Below, one piece after another: positions 18,634-27,940 of a DNA stretch of 64,000 nucleotides; the stretch's first letter is position 1, and each line of letters begins with the position of its first letter. Under the pieces are notes generated by a model that saw only the letters and a program-made list of their open reading frames with translations, was not told the DNA's origin and ran no database searches. This DNA comes from a virus: the IMG/VR virus record IMGVR_UViG_3300009177_000031, positions 1-64,000 of that record. The stretch is one strand, 5' to 3'. Made by a program: the position numbers and the translations under genes.

Positions 18634-20858
18634 TGCAGGTCATCCTCAGCGGCCACACGGTGCGCGCCGATTTGGAAGCAACGCCAATCGGCGCATTCGA
18701 CGTCATTCGTGACGACGTGCGCATGATCTCCACGGTGAAGCCGGTCGAGCGCATCTTCATCGAGCGCACCGAGACCGGCTATCGCGGCGTGCTGTACTCG
18801 AACGAGAAGCCGTTCCTGTTCGCGCTGAACGGCAACGGTTTCACCGCGAAGCCGATTGCGCAGGATGCGACGGTGTTCGCGTACTGCGACCGTTTGCAGG
18901 ACGAGGAGCGCGACCTGACGATGCGCCTTGATCAAGAGCGCGCAGACGCGGACATGGTGGATGTGAATCGTGTGATGTTCGAGCGCGACTCGAACCTGAC
19001 CGATGATGCAGCTGTGGCTCGCGAAGACGCGTCGCCTGCGACGCTGAAGGTGTGGGGACCGTCAGTCGACATCGCCGATCCAATCGAGCGCGTTCCTGGT
19101 GCGTATCGCAAGATGCGCCAGGGTGGATCGTCACTCGAAGGCAAGCGCAACAACGGCGTTTGCGGTGGCGGCATCGTGATGAAGGATGGGAAGGTGCTTC
19201 TCGTCAAGCCGCGTGGTGGATGGGGTGGCTACGATTGGACGTTCCCGAAGGGCTACCCGGCCGCAATCGACAACAACCATTTGGAGCAAACGGCGGTGCG
19301 CGAGGTGTGCGAGGAGACCGGCTACCGCGTCTTCGCCAATCGCTTCATCGGTCGCTTCTCGCACAACGATGGTGGTGTTTGCGACTACTTCTATTGCGAT
19401 GTCGACAACTCGAAGGAAGCCGGCACGCCGGATCCGCACGAGACGTCGGCGATCAAGTGGTGTTCGCTGGTCGAAGCGTTGGAGCTTCTCAACGATGACG
19501 TCGACGTGAAGATCCTGGCGCAAGCGAACAACCTGCTACCGCAATTGATCATCAAGTCGGAGGGCCACACCGGAACGATGGTGGCGCTGCATCTTCCGAC
19601 GGACATCGCAAAGAAGATCGCACTGAAGGGCGGTGAGGACCCTGCAAAGCTGCACATCACGCTCGCGTACCTCGGCAAAGGACTCAGCGAGCAACAGAAG
19701 AAAACCGCCGCTTCTGTGGTGCGCAGGTTTGCAGAGTCGATCGTCGATGGCTTGAAGGTGACGCTCGGCGGTGTCGGTCGCTTCAGTGCGAGCGGCACGA
19801 CGGAGGGGCGTGACGTTATCTACCTGTCGGTCGATTCGCCATCGCTCACGCGCGTTCGTCCAGAGCTGGCGAACATGCTGCGCGAGGCAGGCTTCGACTT
19901 CGACGTGCAGCACGGCTTCATTCCGCACGTGACGCTCGCGTACGTCGACAAGGACGAGAAGACGCCGATCAATCGCGTGGAGCCGATTGAGATCAAGTTC
20001 GACACGATCTCACTCACGATCGCGAACAAGCAGATGACGTTTCCGCTGAAGCTGTCGAAGCAGAACCAAGAGTTCTACGACGTGGGCCGGCGCAACTACG
20101 AAGCGCTGATGAAGTGGCGCGTCGATAAGCTGGAGAAGATGTACGGCGTCAGGTTGCCGATCAAGCCGCAGGAGTCGGCGACGTTCGTGCGTTTGGACAA
20201 GAGCCTCGATTACGAGCCAGTGATGGTGAAGGCGTTGCCGCGCATGAACAGTGACCAACGCGACGCGAAGAACAAGAAAGTCGGCGTGAAGCCGCCTGGC
20301 GCAGCGAAGAAGCAAGCCGGTGCGACCGGCAAGACGCGCTACACGTATCCGGCCGAGCAAGCAAACGCGAAGCCTGGACAGCCGCAACAGCCTGGTGGGC
20401 AACCGCAGCAACCTGGTGCGCCTGGACAGCCGCAGCAAGGTCAGGATCAGGTGCTTCCGCATCCTGACACGCCGCCGCCGCAACCCGAGCAAGCTCCGAT
20501 TGCAGCCGAGCATCCTGACAAACCGCCGCAGAACGATCCGCGTGGTCCCAATCCGCAAGAGCCGCAGCAACCGAAGCACACGATCAACATCGGCGAGCTG
20601 TGCGCAGCGCTCGGTGTTCAGCGCTCGGTGCTTCAGCAAATCGTTGCGCGCATGCAAAAGAACTTCGGCGCTGACGCGCGGAAGAAGTTCGTGTCGTTCA
20701 TGAGTGTGCAGCTGAAGCAGTTTGCGGACGAGCACGGTTTGGAAGGCGACTACTTCGGTTTGCTGTTCGATGTGCTCACCGGAAAGGTGCAGGAAGGTCA
20801 GCCTGCATCGCAACAGCAACCGCAACCGCAGGGAGGAAGCCGTGGCGCTAAAGCGTGA
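18633..20858 (+). CDS. multidomain protein: Nudix hydrolase + 2H phosphoesterase + Q/P-rich tail
   Basis: Nudix box WTFPKG...TAVREVCEETG; two HxT motifs (LHITLAY, PHVTLAY). Confidence 0.85.
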   Translation: MQVILSGHTVRADLEATPIGAFDVIRDDVRMISTVKPVERIFIERTETGYRGVLYSNEKPFLFALNGNGFTAKPIAQDATVFAYCDRLQDEERDLTMRLDQERADADMVDVNRVMFERDSNLTDDAAVAREDASPATLKVWGPSVDIADPIERVPGAYRKMRQGGSSLEGKRNNGVCGGGIVMKDGKVLLVKPRGGWGGYDWTFPKGYPAAIDNNHLEQTAVREVCEETGYRVFANRFIGRFSHNDGGVCDYFYCDVDNSKEAGTPDPHETSAIKWCSLVEALELLNDDVDVKILAQANNLLPQLIIKSEGHTGTMVALHLPTDIAKKIALKGGEDPAKLHITLAYLGKGLSEQQKKTAASVVRRFAESIVDGLKVTLGGVGRFSASGTTEGRDVIYLSVDSPSLTRVRPELANMLREAGFDFDVQHGFIPHVTLAYVDKDEKTPINRVEPIEIKFDTISLTIANKQMTFPLKLSKQNQEFYDVGRRNYEALMKWRVDKLEKMYGVRLPIKPQESATFVRLDKSLDYEPVMVKALPRMNSDQRDAKNKKVGVKPPGAAKKQAGATGKTRYTYPAEQANAKPGQPQQPGGQPQQPGAPGQPQQGQDQVLPHPDTPPPQPEQAPIAAEHPDKPPQNDPRGPNPQEPQQPKHTINIGELCAALGVQRSVLQQIVARMQKNFGADARKKFVSFMSVQLKQFADEHGLEGDYFGLLFDVLTGKVQEGQPASQQQPQPQGGSRGAKA

Positions 20859-23208
20859 TCTGATGAAAGCAACGGTGCAGAACCCTGGCTCGCGCGGTGG
20901 CAAGTTCTGGCGTGACGAGAAGGGCGTCATTCACTACGGCGAGAAGCCGGTGGAGGACAAGATCCAGGAGCGCGCGAAGTCGATCCTCGATCAAGTGAAG
21001 CGTCGCGCGCGTGGCAAGGGTGGCGAGATTGCGCTGTCGAAGCAGGATCTGGAGAAGCTGCTTGCGTCAGGCAAGTACGCGCTCGTGAGTGCAGGGCCGA
21101 ATCCAAACCACGCTGACGACAAGAATCTCAGCCAAGACGAAATCAAACGTCGCCACAAACAGCTCGGCGAAGACTTGGTCGATGCTGGCTACATGTTCAC
21201 GAACGTGACCGGTCACTACGGTGGAACCGAAGATTCGTACCTCGTGATGATTCACGATGCGGATCGTAAAGACGTCGACGAGCTTGGGAAGAAGTACCAC
21301 CAAGATTCGATCATCTACGGTGAAGCTGGGCACCAGGAGATGCGCTTCACTTTTGGTGAGCACGTTGGTACGATGCACACCGGTACGGGTTACGAAATCA
21401 AGAACGACGCTGACGACTTCTTCACGATCGTTCGCCATCCAGACGGAAGCTCGACGAAGTTTGCTCTCAACTTCGATTGGGACAAACGAGAGATTGCAAA
21501 AGCGCTCAAGCTGTTGTTCAAAGCAGAGAAGCCGGAAGAGAAGAAGCCGGCGAAAGACGAGAAGGGCGCTGGCTTCAACGAATCGATGGGTGAGCAACCG
21601 GTGGATGCACCGGTCGGATTCGGACCACGCATCGTCAAGTTGCCGATGCACCCAAACGCGGATGTGAATCCGAAGGTGCACGAGGCGAAGATGGAAGAGA
21701 AGAAGCAGCGCGAGAAGTCGCAACCGAAGCTCGCGCTGAAGAAGGGTGCTGGCTGGAACGATAAGGACGAGCGGATGTACCAGCACATCAAGGACAGCGG
21801 TGCGAGCGAGAAGATCGCTGCGGCTACCGTCAACAAGCAACGACGCAAGGAGGGCCGCGTGAAGAAGTCGAAGCCGAGTGTCACGCTGATCAAGGGCGTG
21901 CGTCCAGGTGCGAAGGGCGCAGGCTCACGCGGTGGCAAGATCGCGTACCACACTAAGAGCGGCAAGCCTGTGTATCAGTCGCAGGTGAAGAAGCAAGCGC
22001 CGACGTTTTCACAGATGGGCCACAACTGGACGAAGCACGCCGAGAACGCGGAGAAGAAGATCGCCGACTACAAGGCGGATCCGAACTCGAACAACCCGTC
22101 GCACTATCGTTCGTACGTCGGCGAAGCCGCAGGTAACCATGCGACCGCTGCGAAGCAGCATCTCGTCGCCGCGTTCTACCAGCATCACGCCGGTGACTCG
22201 GACAAGGCGAAGGAACACATGGCAGCGGCGGAACATCACGCCGAGCACGCGAAGAAGCACATGGAGACGTCGGCGAAGCACAAAGGTGACTACGGCGTCA
22301 AACATCATCACCAAACCGCGGTGCGTGCGATGAAGTGGTTCGATGCGAACCACGCATCGACACACGAAGCGGTGCACTACGGTCGCCATCCTGATCCTCA
22401 CATCGAATCGATTGCGCAAGACGCGCAGGATTCCGGCCGTCACGAGGAAGCCAAACGCATTCGTCACTCACAAGACGACGTCAAGAAGGCGCTCACGCCT
22501 AGCAACAACAACGGAGGAAACATGTCGAAGAACGAAGTCGCGGATCTGTTCAAGAGCGAGCTGGGCGAGAGCAACGCCAAGCCCATCACCACGTGCGTGC
22601 ACTGCAAGCACGACCTGACGCGAGACGATCTCAAGAAGGGTCTCGGCACGCACTTCGTCGCAGACGACAACGACAACCCGCACAGCGGTGGCGATGGTTC
22701 TGTCGAGGTCGTTCGCGGCGTTCCTGGCGCGAAGGAGAACGACGAAATCGCGCCGCTCTTGAAGGGTCTCAAGGGCAAGGAGGCCGGCGACAACGAGGAG
22801 TATCCGATCAGCAAGAGCGAGATGGCGACGATGGGCATGAGCGTCGACGGTCTCGATGATGGCTGGTACACGATCACCAAGAGCGAGATGCAGAAGCAGG
22901 CACCGGAGCATCTCGCGTACCTCGTCGATCGCAAGGAGCGCGTCGCGAAGGCGATCAAGCCGACGGTCAACGCGCTGAAGAAGGGCGAGGAGCCGATTCG
23001 CAAGGGTGACACGTCGCGCTCGACGACGGACGGACCGCACGGCTACTCGCCGCGCGCTGGCGGTGTTGTCGGTCCGAGCGGTGAATCGCTCGTGCAGTGG
23101 AGCGAAGGCTCGGACAAGCAGGTCGCCGAGTACATCGAGAAGTCCGGTCACGGCTACGGTCCTGGCAACGACGAGCCGATCCGCACGCAAGGTCGGGGGA
23201 CCTTCTAA
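20842..23208 (+). CDS. putative head-packaged polyprotein: SAM-lyase-like domain, ChaB-like mini-domain, His-rich module
   Basis: GTG after GGAGG; two GSRGG tags; YALVSA...RH...TGHYGGTEDS.LV...QDSII...FFTI; many xxK-A/S/G sites. Confidence 0.75.
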   Translation: MALKRDLMKATVQNPGSRGGKFWRDEKGVIHYGEKPVEDKIQERAKSILDQVKRRARGKGGEIALSKQDLEKLLASGKYALVSAGPNPNHADDKNLSQDEIKRRHKQLGEDLVDAGYMFTNVTGHYGGTEDSYLVMIHDADRKDVDELGKKYHQDSIIYGEAGHQEMRFTFGEHVGTMHTGTGYEIKNDADDFFTIVRHPDGSSTKFALNFDWDKREIAKALKLLFKAEKPEEKKPAKDEKGAGFNESMGEQPVDAPVGFGPRIVKLPMHPNADVNPKVHEAKMEEKKQREKSQPKLALKKGAGWNDKDERMYQHIKDSGASEKIAAATVNKQRRKEGRVKKSKPSVTLIKGVRPGAKGAGSRGGKIAYHTKSGKPVYQSQVKKQAPTFSQMGHNWTKHAENAEKKIADYKADPNSNNPSHYRSYVGEAAGNHATAAKQHLVAAFYQHHAGDSDKAKEHMAAAEHHAEHAKKHMETSAKHKGDYGVKHHHQTAVRAMKWFDANHASTHEAVHYGRHPDPHIESIAQDAQDSGRHEEAKRIRHSQDDVKKALTPSNNNGGNMSKNEVADLFKSELGESNAKPITTCVHCKHDLTRDDLKKGLGTHFVADDNDNPHSGGDGSVEVVRGVPGAKENDEIAPLLKGLKGKEAGDNEEYPISKSEMATMGMSVDGLDDGWYTITKSEMQKQAPEHLAYLVDRKERVAKAIKPTVNALKKGEEPIRKGDTSRSTTDGPHGYSPRAGGVVGPSGESLVQWSEGSDKQVAEYIEKSGHGYGPGNDEPIRTQGRGTF

Positions 23209-23420
23209 TGTCGGTTGCTGCACTCTCTGAACGAGCTGTGCAGCAACCGATGGCTGCACGAAGCAAGCAGAGCATCGATTACAAACGCGGCGTTTGTCCG
23301 TGTTGTTCGCAACCGATGTTGGTGATGGCAAGCCAGCCTGAAGCACCGTGCGTCGATTGCTACGTAGAAGAGAAGCCGAAGCTTGCAATCGGAACGCAGC
23401 CCATTCCGGTTGACCGCTAG
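23208..23420 (+). CDS. small Zn-ribbon protein
   Basis: TAATG coupling; CPCC...CVDC. Confidence 0.6.
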   Translation: MSVAALSERAVQQPMAARSKQSIDYKRGVCPCCSQPMLVMASQPEAPCVDCYVEEKPKLAIGTQPIPVDR

Positions 23421-23434
23421 CTCGTGAGGAGCAG

Positions 23435-26400
23435 ATGAACGACGACATCGATTTTGACGCGTTGTATGAAGGTCTCAACGTCGACACCGACTTGATGATC
23501 AAAGCGACGCTTCGCGTGCCTGCGCGTCCGATGAAGAACGCAGTCGCGCAATCGCTGTCGTTGGACCTGAAGGCTTTGTACAAGGCGCGCGCAGAAGCGT
23601 TGATGGCGGACATCACCGACGTGATGAACGAAGAGGAGCCGATTGCAAAGGCCGATCTGATCTTCGCGAATGGGCGCGTTTTGTTCAAAGCTTTGACAGG
23701 GCAACCGAAGCCACCACCTTCGGCACCGAAGCTTGAAACGCATCAGCAACCAGGTCACGCAAACGCACCGAAGACGCCGAGCGCTGGCGCAGGTGCGAAG
23801 TCGACGATGCCTGGTGGACAGCGTCGTCTCACAGCGTCCGGCTACATCCACGTCGAGACTCCTGGCTCGCGTGGTGGAAAGTTCTGGCGCGACGAGAAAG
23901 GCAACGTGCGCTACGGCGACAAGCCGAGCGGCACCTTCCAAGTGGAAGCGCCACCGCATGATGTCGTGGAGCACTACAGGAAGTATTACGCGCCGCAGCC
24001 GTTTGCAGCGCACAACCAGATGGACATGCACGAAGCTCTCATGCAGAGCGAAGTGCTCACGGAAGCCGATCACGGCTTCATGGACTTCTGGCACGAGAAC
24101 TACGATGAGGTTCTGAGCCTCATCAGTGGTGGCAAGCTCACGCGCAAGGACGTCGAGAAGGCCGGGGGTTTGCAGAACTGTTCGTTCCAGATCAACGGAC
24201 GTCCGTGCAGCGTGGGTGAGGCGATCGAGGAGTTCTTCAAGGCGAACGTCGGTGCGTTTGTCGGTGACGAAACGTACGGCGACATTGAGACGCCGGAAGA
24301 CATCCTCGAAGCGGTGCGCGGCTTGATGGACCGCTACCGCAAAGCGCTGCACGAAGATCCGAAGGTGCAAGCGCTCGCGCAAGCCGCAGCGGAGAAGCGC
24401 GAAGCCGAGCGCAACGCGTTCTACCTGACGTGCGAGCACACCGCGGAGGAGTTCTCGCCGCTCGCCGGCGATCTTGTCACGAAGGAGGACTTCGAGGATC
24501 TGACGTTCAAAGCGACCGCTGCAATGGCGCAGATGGGTCTCATCGAGCGCGGTGGCAAAGGCAGCGTTGCTCAGCGCCGCATGCGCGGTGCAATCGTTCC
24601 GAAGTCGAGCATGCTGTTGCAGGACAAGCGCAACATGGGTTCGCTTTGGAAGGACGATCAGCTCGAACGTCTCAGCGCGCCGCAGCTGATGGCGGTGCAC
24701 ATTGCAGTCGATGCGCAGGAGTCGTTCTCGAAGGACAACACCTACGAGTACGAGCCTGGTGCGCCAAACGCGAACCGCGACCGCGTGTTCGATCTCATTT
24801 GCAGCAAGCTCGGCGTCGACCCGGACGATCAGGTCGCGAAGAACACGCTGAAGCGCAAGCTGGAGAAGACGACGGAAGCGACGCTGCGCGCGATGACGAA
24901 CTACAACACCGGACAGGATCCGATGTTCGCGCTCGCGATGACGAAGCGCATCTGTGACATCTACAAGAACGCCGATTGGCTAGAAGACCACAAGAAGAAG
25001 GTCGCCGAGGAGCAATCGCGCATTCAGGAGATCCTCGCTGCGCAAGAGGACACGTCGTTCGAGCCTCCACCGTCGATGGTAAACGGCGTTTGGAACGGCA
25101 AGACGCTGAAGGATGCGAACAAGCCAGAGAAGGGCGTTTGGGCTCCGTTCGAGTACCAGAAGAAGTACATCAACTGGATGCTCAAGGCGAAGCGCGGTGT
25201 GATTGCAGCCGATGCCGGCATGGGCAAGACGCCGATCGTGATCGCGTTCCGTGAGCTGCTTGCATCGCAGGGCAAAGACGTTCCTGCCATTTGCTTCCTA
25301 CCACCGTCGTTGATGGAGCAGTGGCCTGCGGCGATCCAGAAGTTCGCGCCAGAGAACGCCGACAAGATCCTCAACCTCAGTGGTCTCTCGTTGGAGGAGC
25401 GCAAGGTCGCTTTGCAAAGCGACATGGCGAAGAAGGCTCGCTACATCTTCATCAGCACCGGCACGCTCACCGGTGACGTGCCGGATCCGAACTCGACGGA
25501 AGACGAGAACGATGGCACCGGTGGTTCTGACCACGAGATGGTCGAGATCCTGAAGAACCTCGAAGGCGCGGTGTTCATCGACGAAGCGCACCAAGGCGGT
25601 TACAAGAAAGCCGGCAACACGCGCCACGAGATTGCAAAGGCGGTGATGGAGGGTCGCGAGTACGCGTTCGGCATGACGGCTACGCCGATGCCAAACGATC
25701 CGATGGACGTCTATCACCTCGCGAACCTGTTTGCGCCTGGCAGCGTTGGTGACGCCGAGCTGTGGGCTGGTCGCACCGCTGGTGTGGCGTGGAACGAAGA
25801 GGAAGGTCGTTATGAGGTGTCGAACCCGGAGCACCTTGCAGAGCTGAACCAGCGCCTCAAGCCGTTCGTGTTCTACAAGAGCGTCAACGATCCAGACGTC
25901 GTGAAGGACATGGGCAAGGGTCTTCCGCAGAAGACCGGTGTGCACGAAGACTCAGCGATGCACGAGGGTGAGGGCGATCTGAATCTGTCAGGTCACTCGA
26001 ACGCGCAGAACGGTTTGTCGCAGCACGACTACTTCAAAGAGGGTGGTGTCATTGACACCATGATCGAGCTGCGCATCGCGCGTTTGGTGCGCGAGCGAGC
26101 GGAGAAGATTGCAAACGGCGAAGTGAATCCTTCGACCGGTGAGCCGTACAAGGCGTACCACCCCAAGTTCCTTCAGCTGATGGCTGGCGGCATGAAGATC
26201 ATGCTGCAACGGCAAGCGTCGATCTCGCCAGCGCTCATCGATCACACGTATCGCAAGTCCGATGGTGGCGTTGCGCACTCGCCGAAGATCAAGGCGCTGT
26301 GCGATGACATCGTCGCGCACTTCTCAAACGGTGGTCAGGGTGGTGACGACGCGAAGCCGCTCGTCGTGTTCTCATCGTTCCCTGGCAAAGCGTTTCCGCT

Positions 26401-27937
26401 CGTGCGCAAAGCGCTCGCCGAACGCGGTGTGGATCCGTCGCTCATCGAGACGATTGCAGGCGACGTCGCTCCGACGGAGCGCGGCTACATGCAGGACAAG
26501 CTGAACAAGGGCCACGCGAAGGTGCTCCTTGTCGGCACGATGTCAGGTGGCGCCGGTCTGAACCTTCAGGAAGCGGCGAACAAGACGCTGTTCCTCGATG
26601 AGCCGTGGAACCCGGCTGCAAAGCGTCAGGCGATTGGTCGCGTTTGGCGCACCGGACAGAACAACGTCGTGCACGAGAAGACGTACCGTTCGGTTGGTAC
26701 GTACGACTCGGTGGTGGAGCAGAAGATCGCAGGCAAGCAAGCGATGGTCGCTGCGCTTCTCGGAAAGGACATGCCGACGGAGGCATCGTTCAAGCCGGAC
26801 ACGTCGATCAAGGAGCTGCTTGGTCGCGTGAAGGGCACCGACTACACCGAGGATCAGATCAAAGCGATCATGGAGAACTCGAAGAACTACGATTTGGCTT
26901 CGAGTGAGCACAAGCAAGCCGAACAGCTTTTGCAATCGATGCACGATGAGGATTGGAAGGAGAAGGCCGGTGGTCAGGGCTTCGGTGGTGGCGTTTCCGC
27001 AACGCTGACCGACAAGGACTTCGAGCCGAACAAGGAAGCGCAGAAGACGCTCAAGAACAAGGGCGCGCACAAACTCACCGAAGCGTTCGATGAGAAGGAG
27101 TTCCGCGGCAAGTGGGAGATGGATCGCGATAAGCGCCGCTCGAAGCAGAACTACGAGATGGCGAACCTGATGGCTGACGTGTACAGCCAGCAAGGGAACA
27201 AAGAGAAAGCTGACGAGTACAAGCGTCGCGCTGACGAGCTTGCCGAGAAGTACCCTGAACTCGGTGGTGCAAAGGACGGTGGTGCGAAGAAGAAGGGCAA
27301 GGACGAGAAGCCGAAGGCCGAGAAGAAGGGCGACGAGAAGAAGCCTGCGAAGGGTGGCGACAAGAAGCAATCGAAGGAAGGTGGCGAGAGCGAGCAAACG
27401 AAACCGCCACCGCGCGCGACTGCAACGGTTGCTGACGCCGAGCACGAGCTGAAGCAAAAGGCGAAGGCGCAGGACGCGCACACCAAGACGCAAACGGAGA
27501 AGGTGAAGCAGCGCAAGCCGCAAGAGACGACGAACAAGCTCGGTGGCAATCCTGACGAGCAAGAGGCGCCGGTCAAGCCGGCGACCTTGAAGCAGCCGGT
27601 GGTGAAGCGCAACGAAGCGCTCGGTGTCGACTTCCACTCGAAGGACAATCCGTTCCCGGAGAACGGACGCAAGGTGAAGGGCACCGACGTCTCGAACGCG
27701 GAAGCGAACTACGTACTCGATGTGCTGCACAAAGAGAAGAAGCTGAAGTCGTGGGACGAGTTCATCACGACGCACATCAAGCCGGTTTGGGACGAAGAGG
27801 ACGGTCGCAATCCGTTCTCGATGAAGGCTGCGCACGAGTACGTCGGCAAGATCGTCGACGCGATCTCGAATCAAGGCTTGATGACGCTCAACGAGCCGAT
27901 GAAGGCTGCGAAGAAGCAGACCAAGAAGGAGAAGTAG
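23435..27937 (+). CDS. 1500-aa SNF2-family helicase/translocase with GSRGG tag (DarB-like virion protein)
   Basis: YQ, ADAGMGKT, FIDEAH, MTATP, SPK, GLNLQEA, WNPA...QAIGRVWRTGQ. Confidence 0.9.
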   Translation: MNDDIDFDALYEGLNVDTDLMIKATLRVPARPMKNAVAQSLSLDLKALYKARAEALMADITDVMNEEEPIAKADLIFANGRVLFKALTGQPKPPPSAPKLETHQQPGHANAPKTPSAGAGAKSTMPGGQRRLTASGYIHVETPGSRGGKFWRDEKGNVRYGDKPSGTFQVEAPPHDVVEHYRKYYAPQPFAAHNQMDMHEALMQSEVLTEADHGFMDFWHENYDEVLSLISGGKLTRKDVEKAGGLQNCSFQINGRPCSVGEAIEEFFKANVGAFVGDETYGDIETPEDILEAVRGLMDRYRKALHEDPKVQALAQAAAEKREAERNAFYLTCEHTAEEFSPLAGDLVTKEDFEDLTFKATAAMAQMGLIERGGKGSVAQRRMRGAIVPKSSMLLQDKRNMGSLWKDDQLERLSAPQLMAVHIAVDAQESFSKDNTYEYEPGAPNANRDRVFDLICSKLGVDPDDQVAKNTLKRKLEKTTEATLRAMTNYNTGQDPMFALAMTKRICDIYKNADWLEDHKKKVAEEQSRIQEILAAQEDTSFEPPPSMVNGVWNGKTLKDANKPEKGVWAPFEYQKKYINWMLKAKRGVIAADAGMGKTPIVIAFRELLASQGKDVPAICFLPPSLMEQWPAAIQKFAPENADKILNLSGLSLEERKVALQSDMAKKARYIFISTGTLTGDVPDPNSTEDENDGTGGSDHEMVEILKNLEGAVFIDEAHQGGYKKAGNTRHEIAKAVMEGREYAFGMTATPMPNDPMDVYHLANLFAPGSVGDAELWAGRTAGVAWNEEEGRYEVSNPEHLAELNQRLKPFVFYKSVNDPDVVKDMGKGLPQKTGVHEDSAMHEGEGDLNLSGHSNAQNGLSQHDYFKEGGVIDTMIELRIARLVRERAEKIANGEVNPSTGEPYKAYHPKFLQLMAGGMKIMLQRQASISPALIDHTYRKSDGGVAHSPKIKALCDDIVAHFSNGGQGGDDAKPLVVFSSFPGKAFPLVRKALAERGVDPSLIETIAGDVAPTERGYMQDKLNKGHAKVLLVGTMSGGAGLNLQEAANKTLFLDEPWNPAAKRQAIGRVWRTGQNNVVHEKTYRSVGTYDSVVEQKIAGKQAMVAALLGKDMPTEASFKPDTSIKELLGRVKGTDYTEDQIKAIMENSKNYDLASSEHKQAEQLLQSMHDEDWKEKAGGQGFGGGVSATLTDKDFEPNKEAQKTLKNKGAHKLTEAFDEKEFRGKWEMDRDKRRSKQNYEMANLMADVYSQQGNKEKADEYKRRADELAEKYPELGGAKDGGAKKKGKDEKPKAEKKGDEKKPAKGGDKKQSKEGGESEQTKPPPRATATVADAEHELKQKAKAQDAHTKTQTEKVKQRKPQETTNKLGGNPDEQEAPVKPATLKQPVVKRNEALGVDFHSKDNPFPENGRKVKGTDVSNAEANYVLDVLHKEKKLKSWDEFITTHIKPVWDEEDGRNPFSMKAAHEYVGKIVDAISNQGLMTLNEPMKAAKKQTKKEK

Positions 27938-27940
27938 GCG

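Noticed and set aside
25900-26280. Long insert between the SNF2 lobes as an intein
   Set aside because: No C/S...HN splice junctions or LAGLIDADG motifs; SNF2 proteins normally have helical inserts here.
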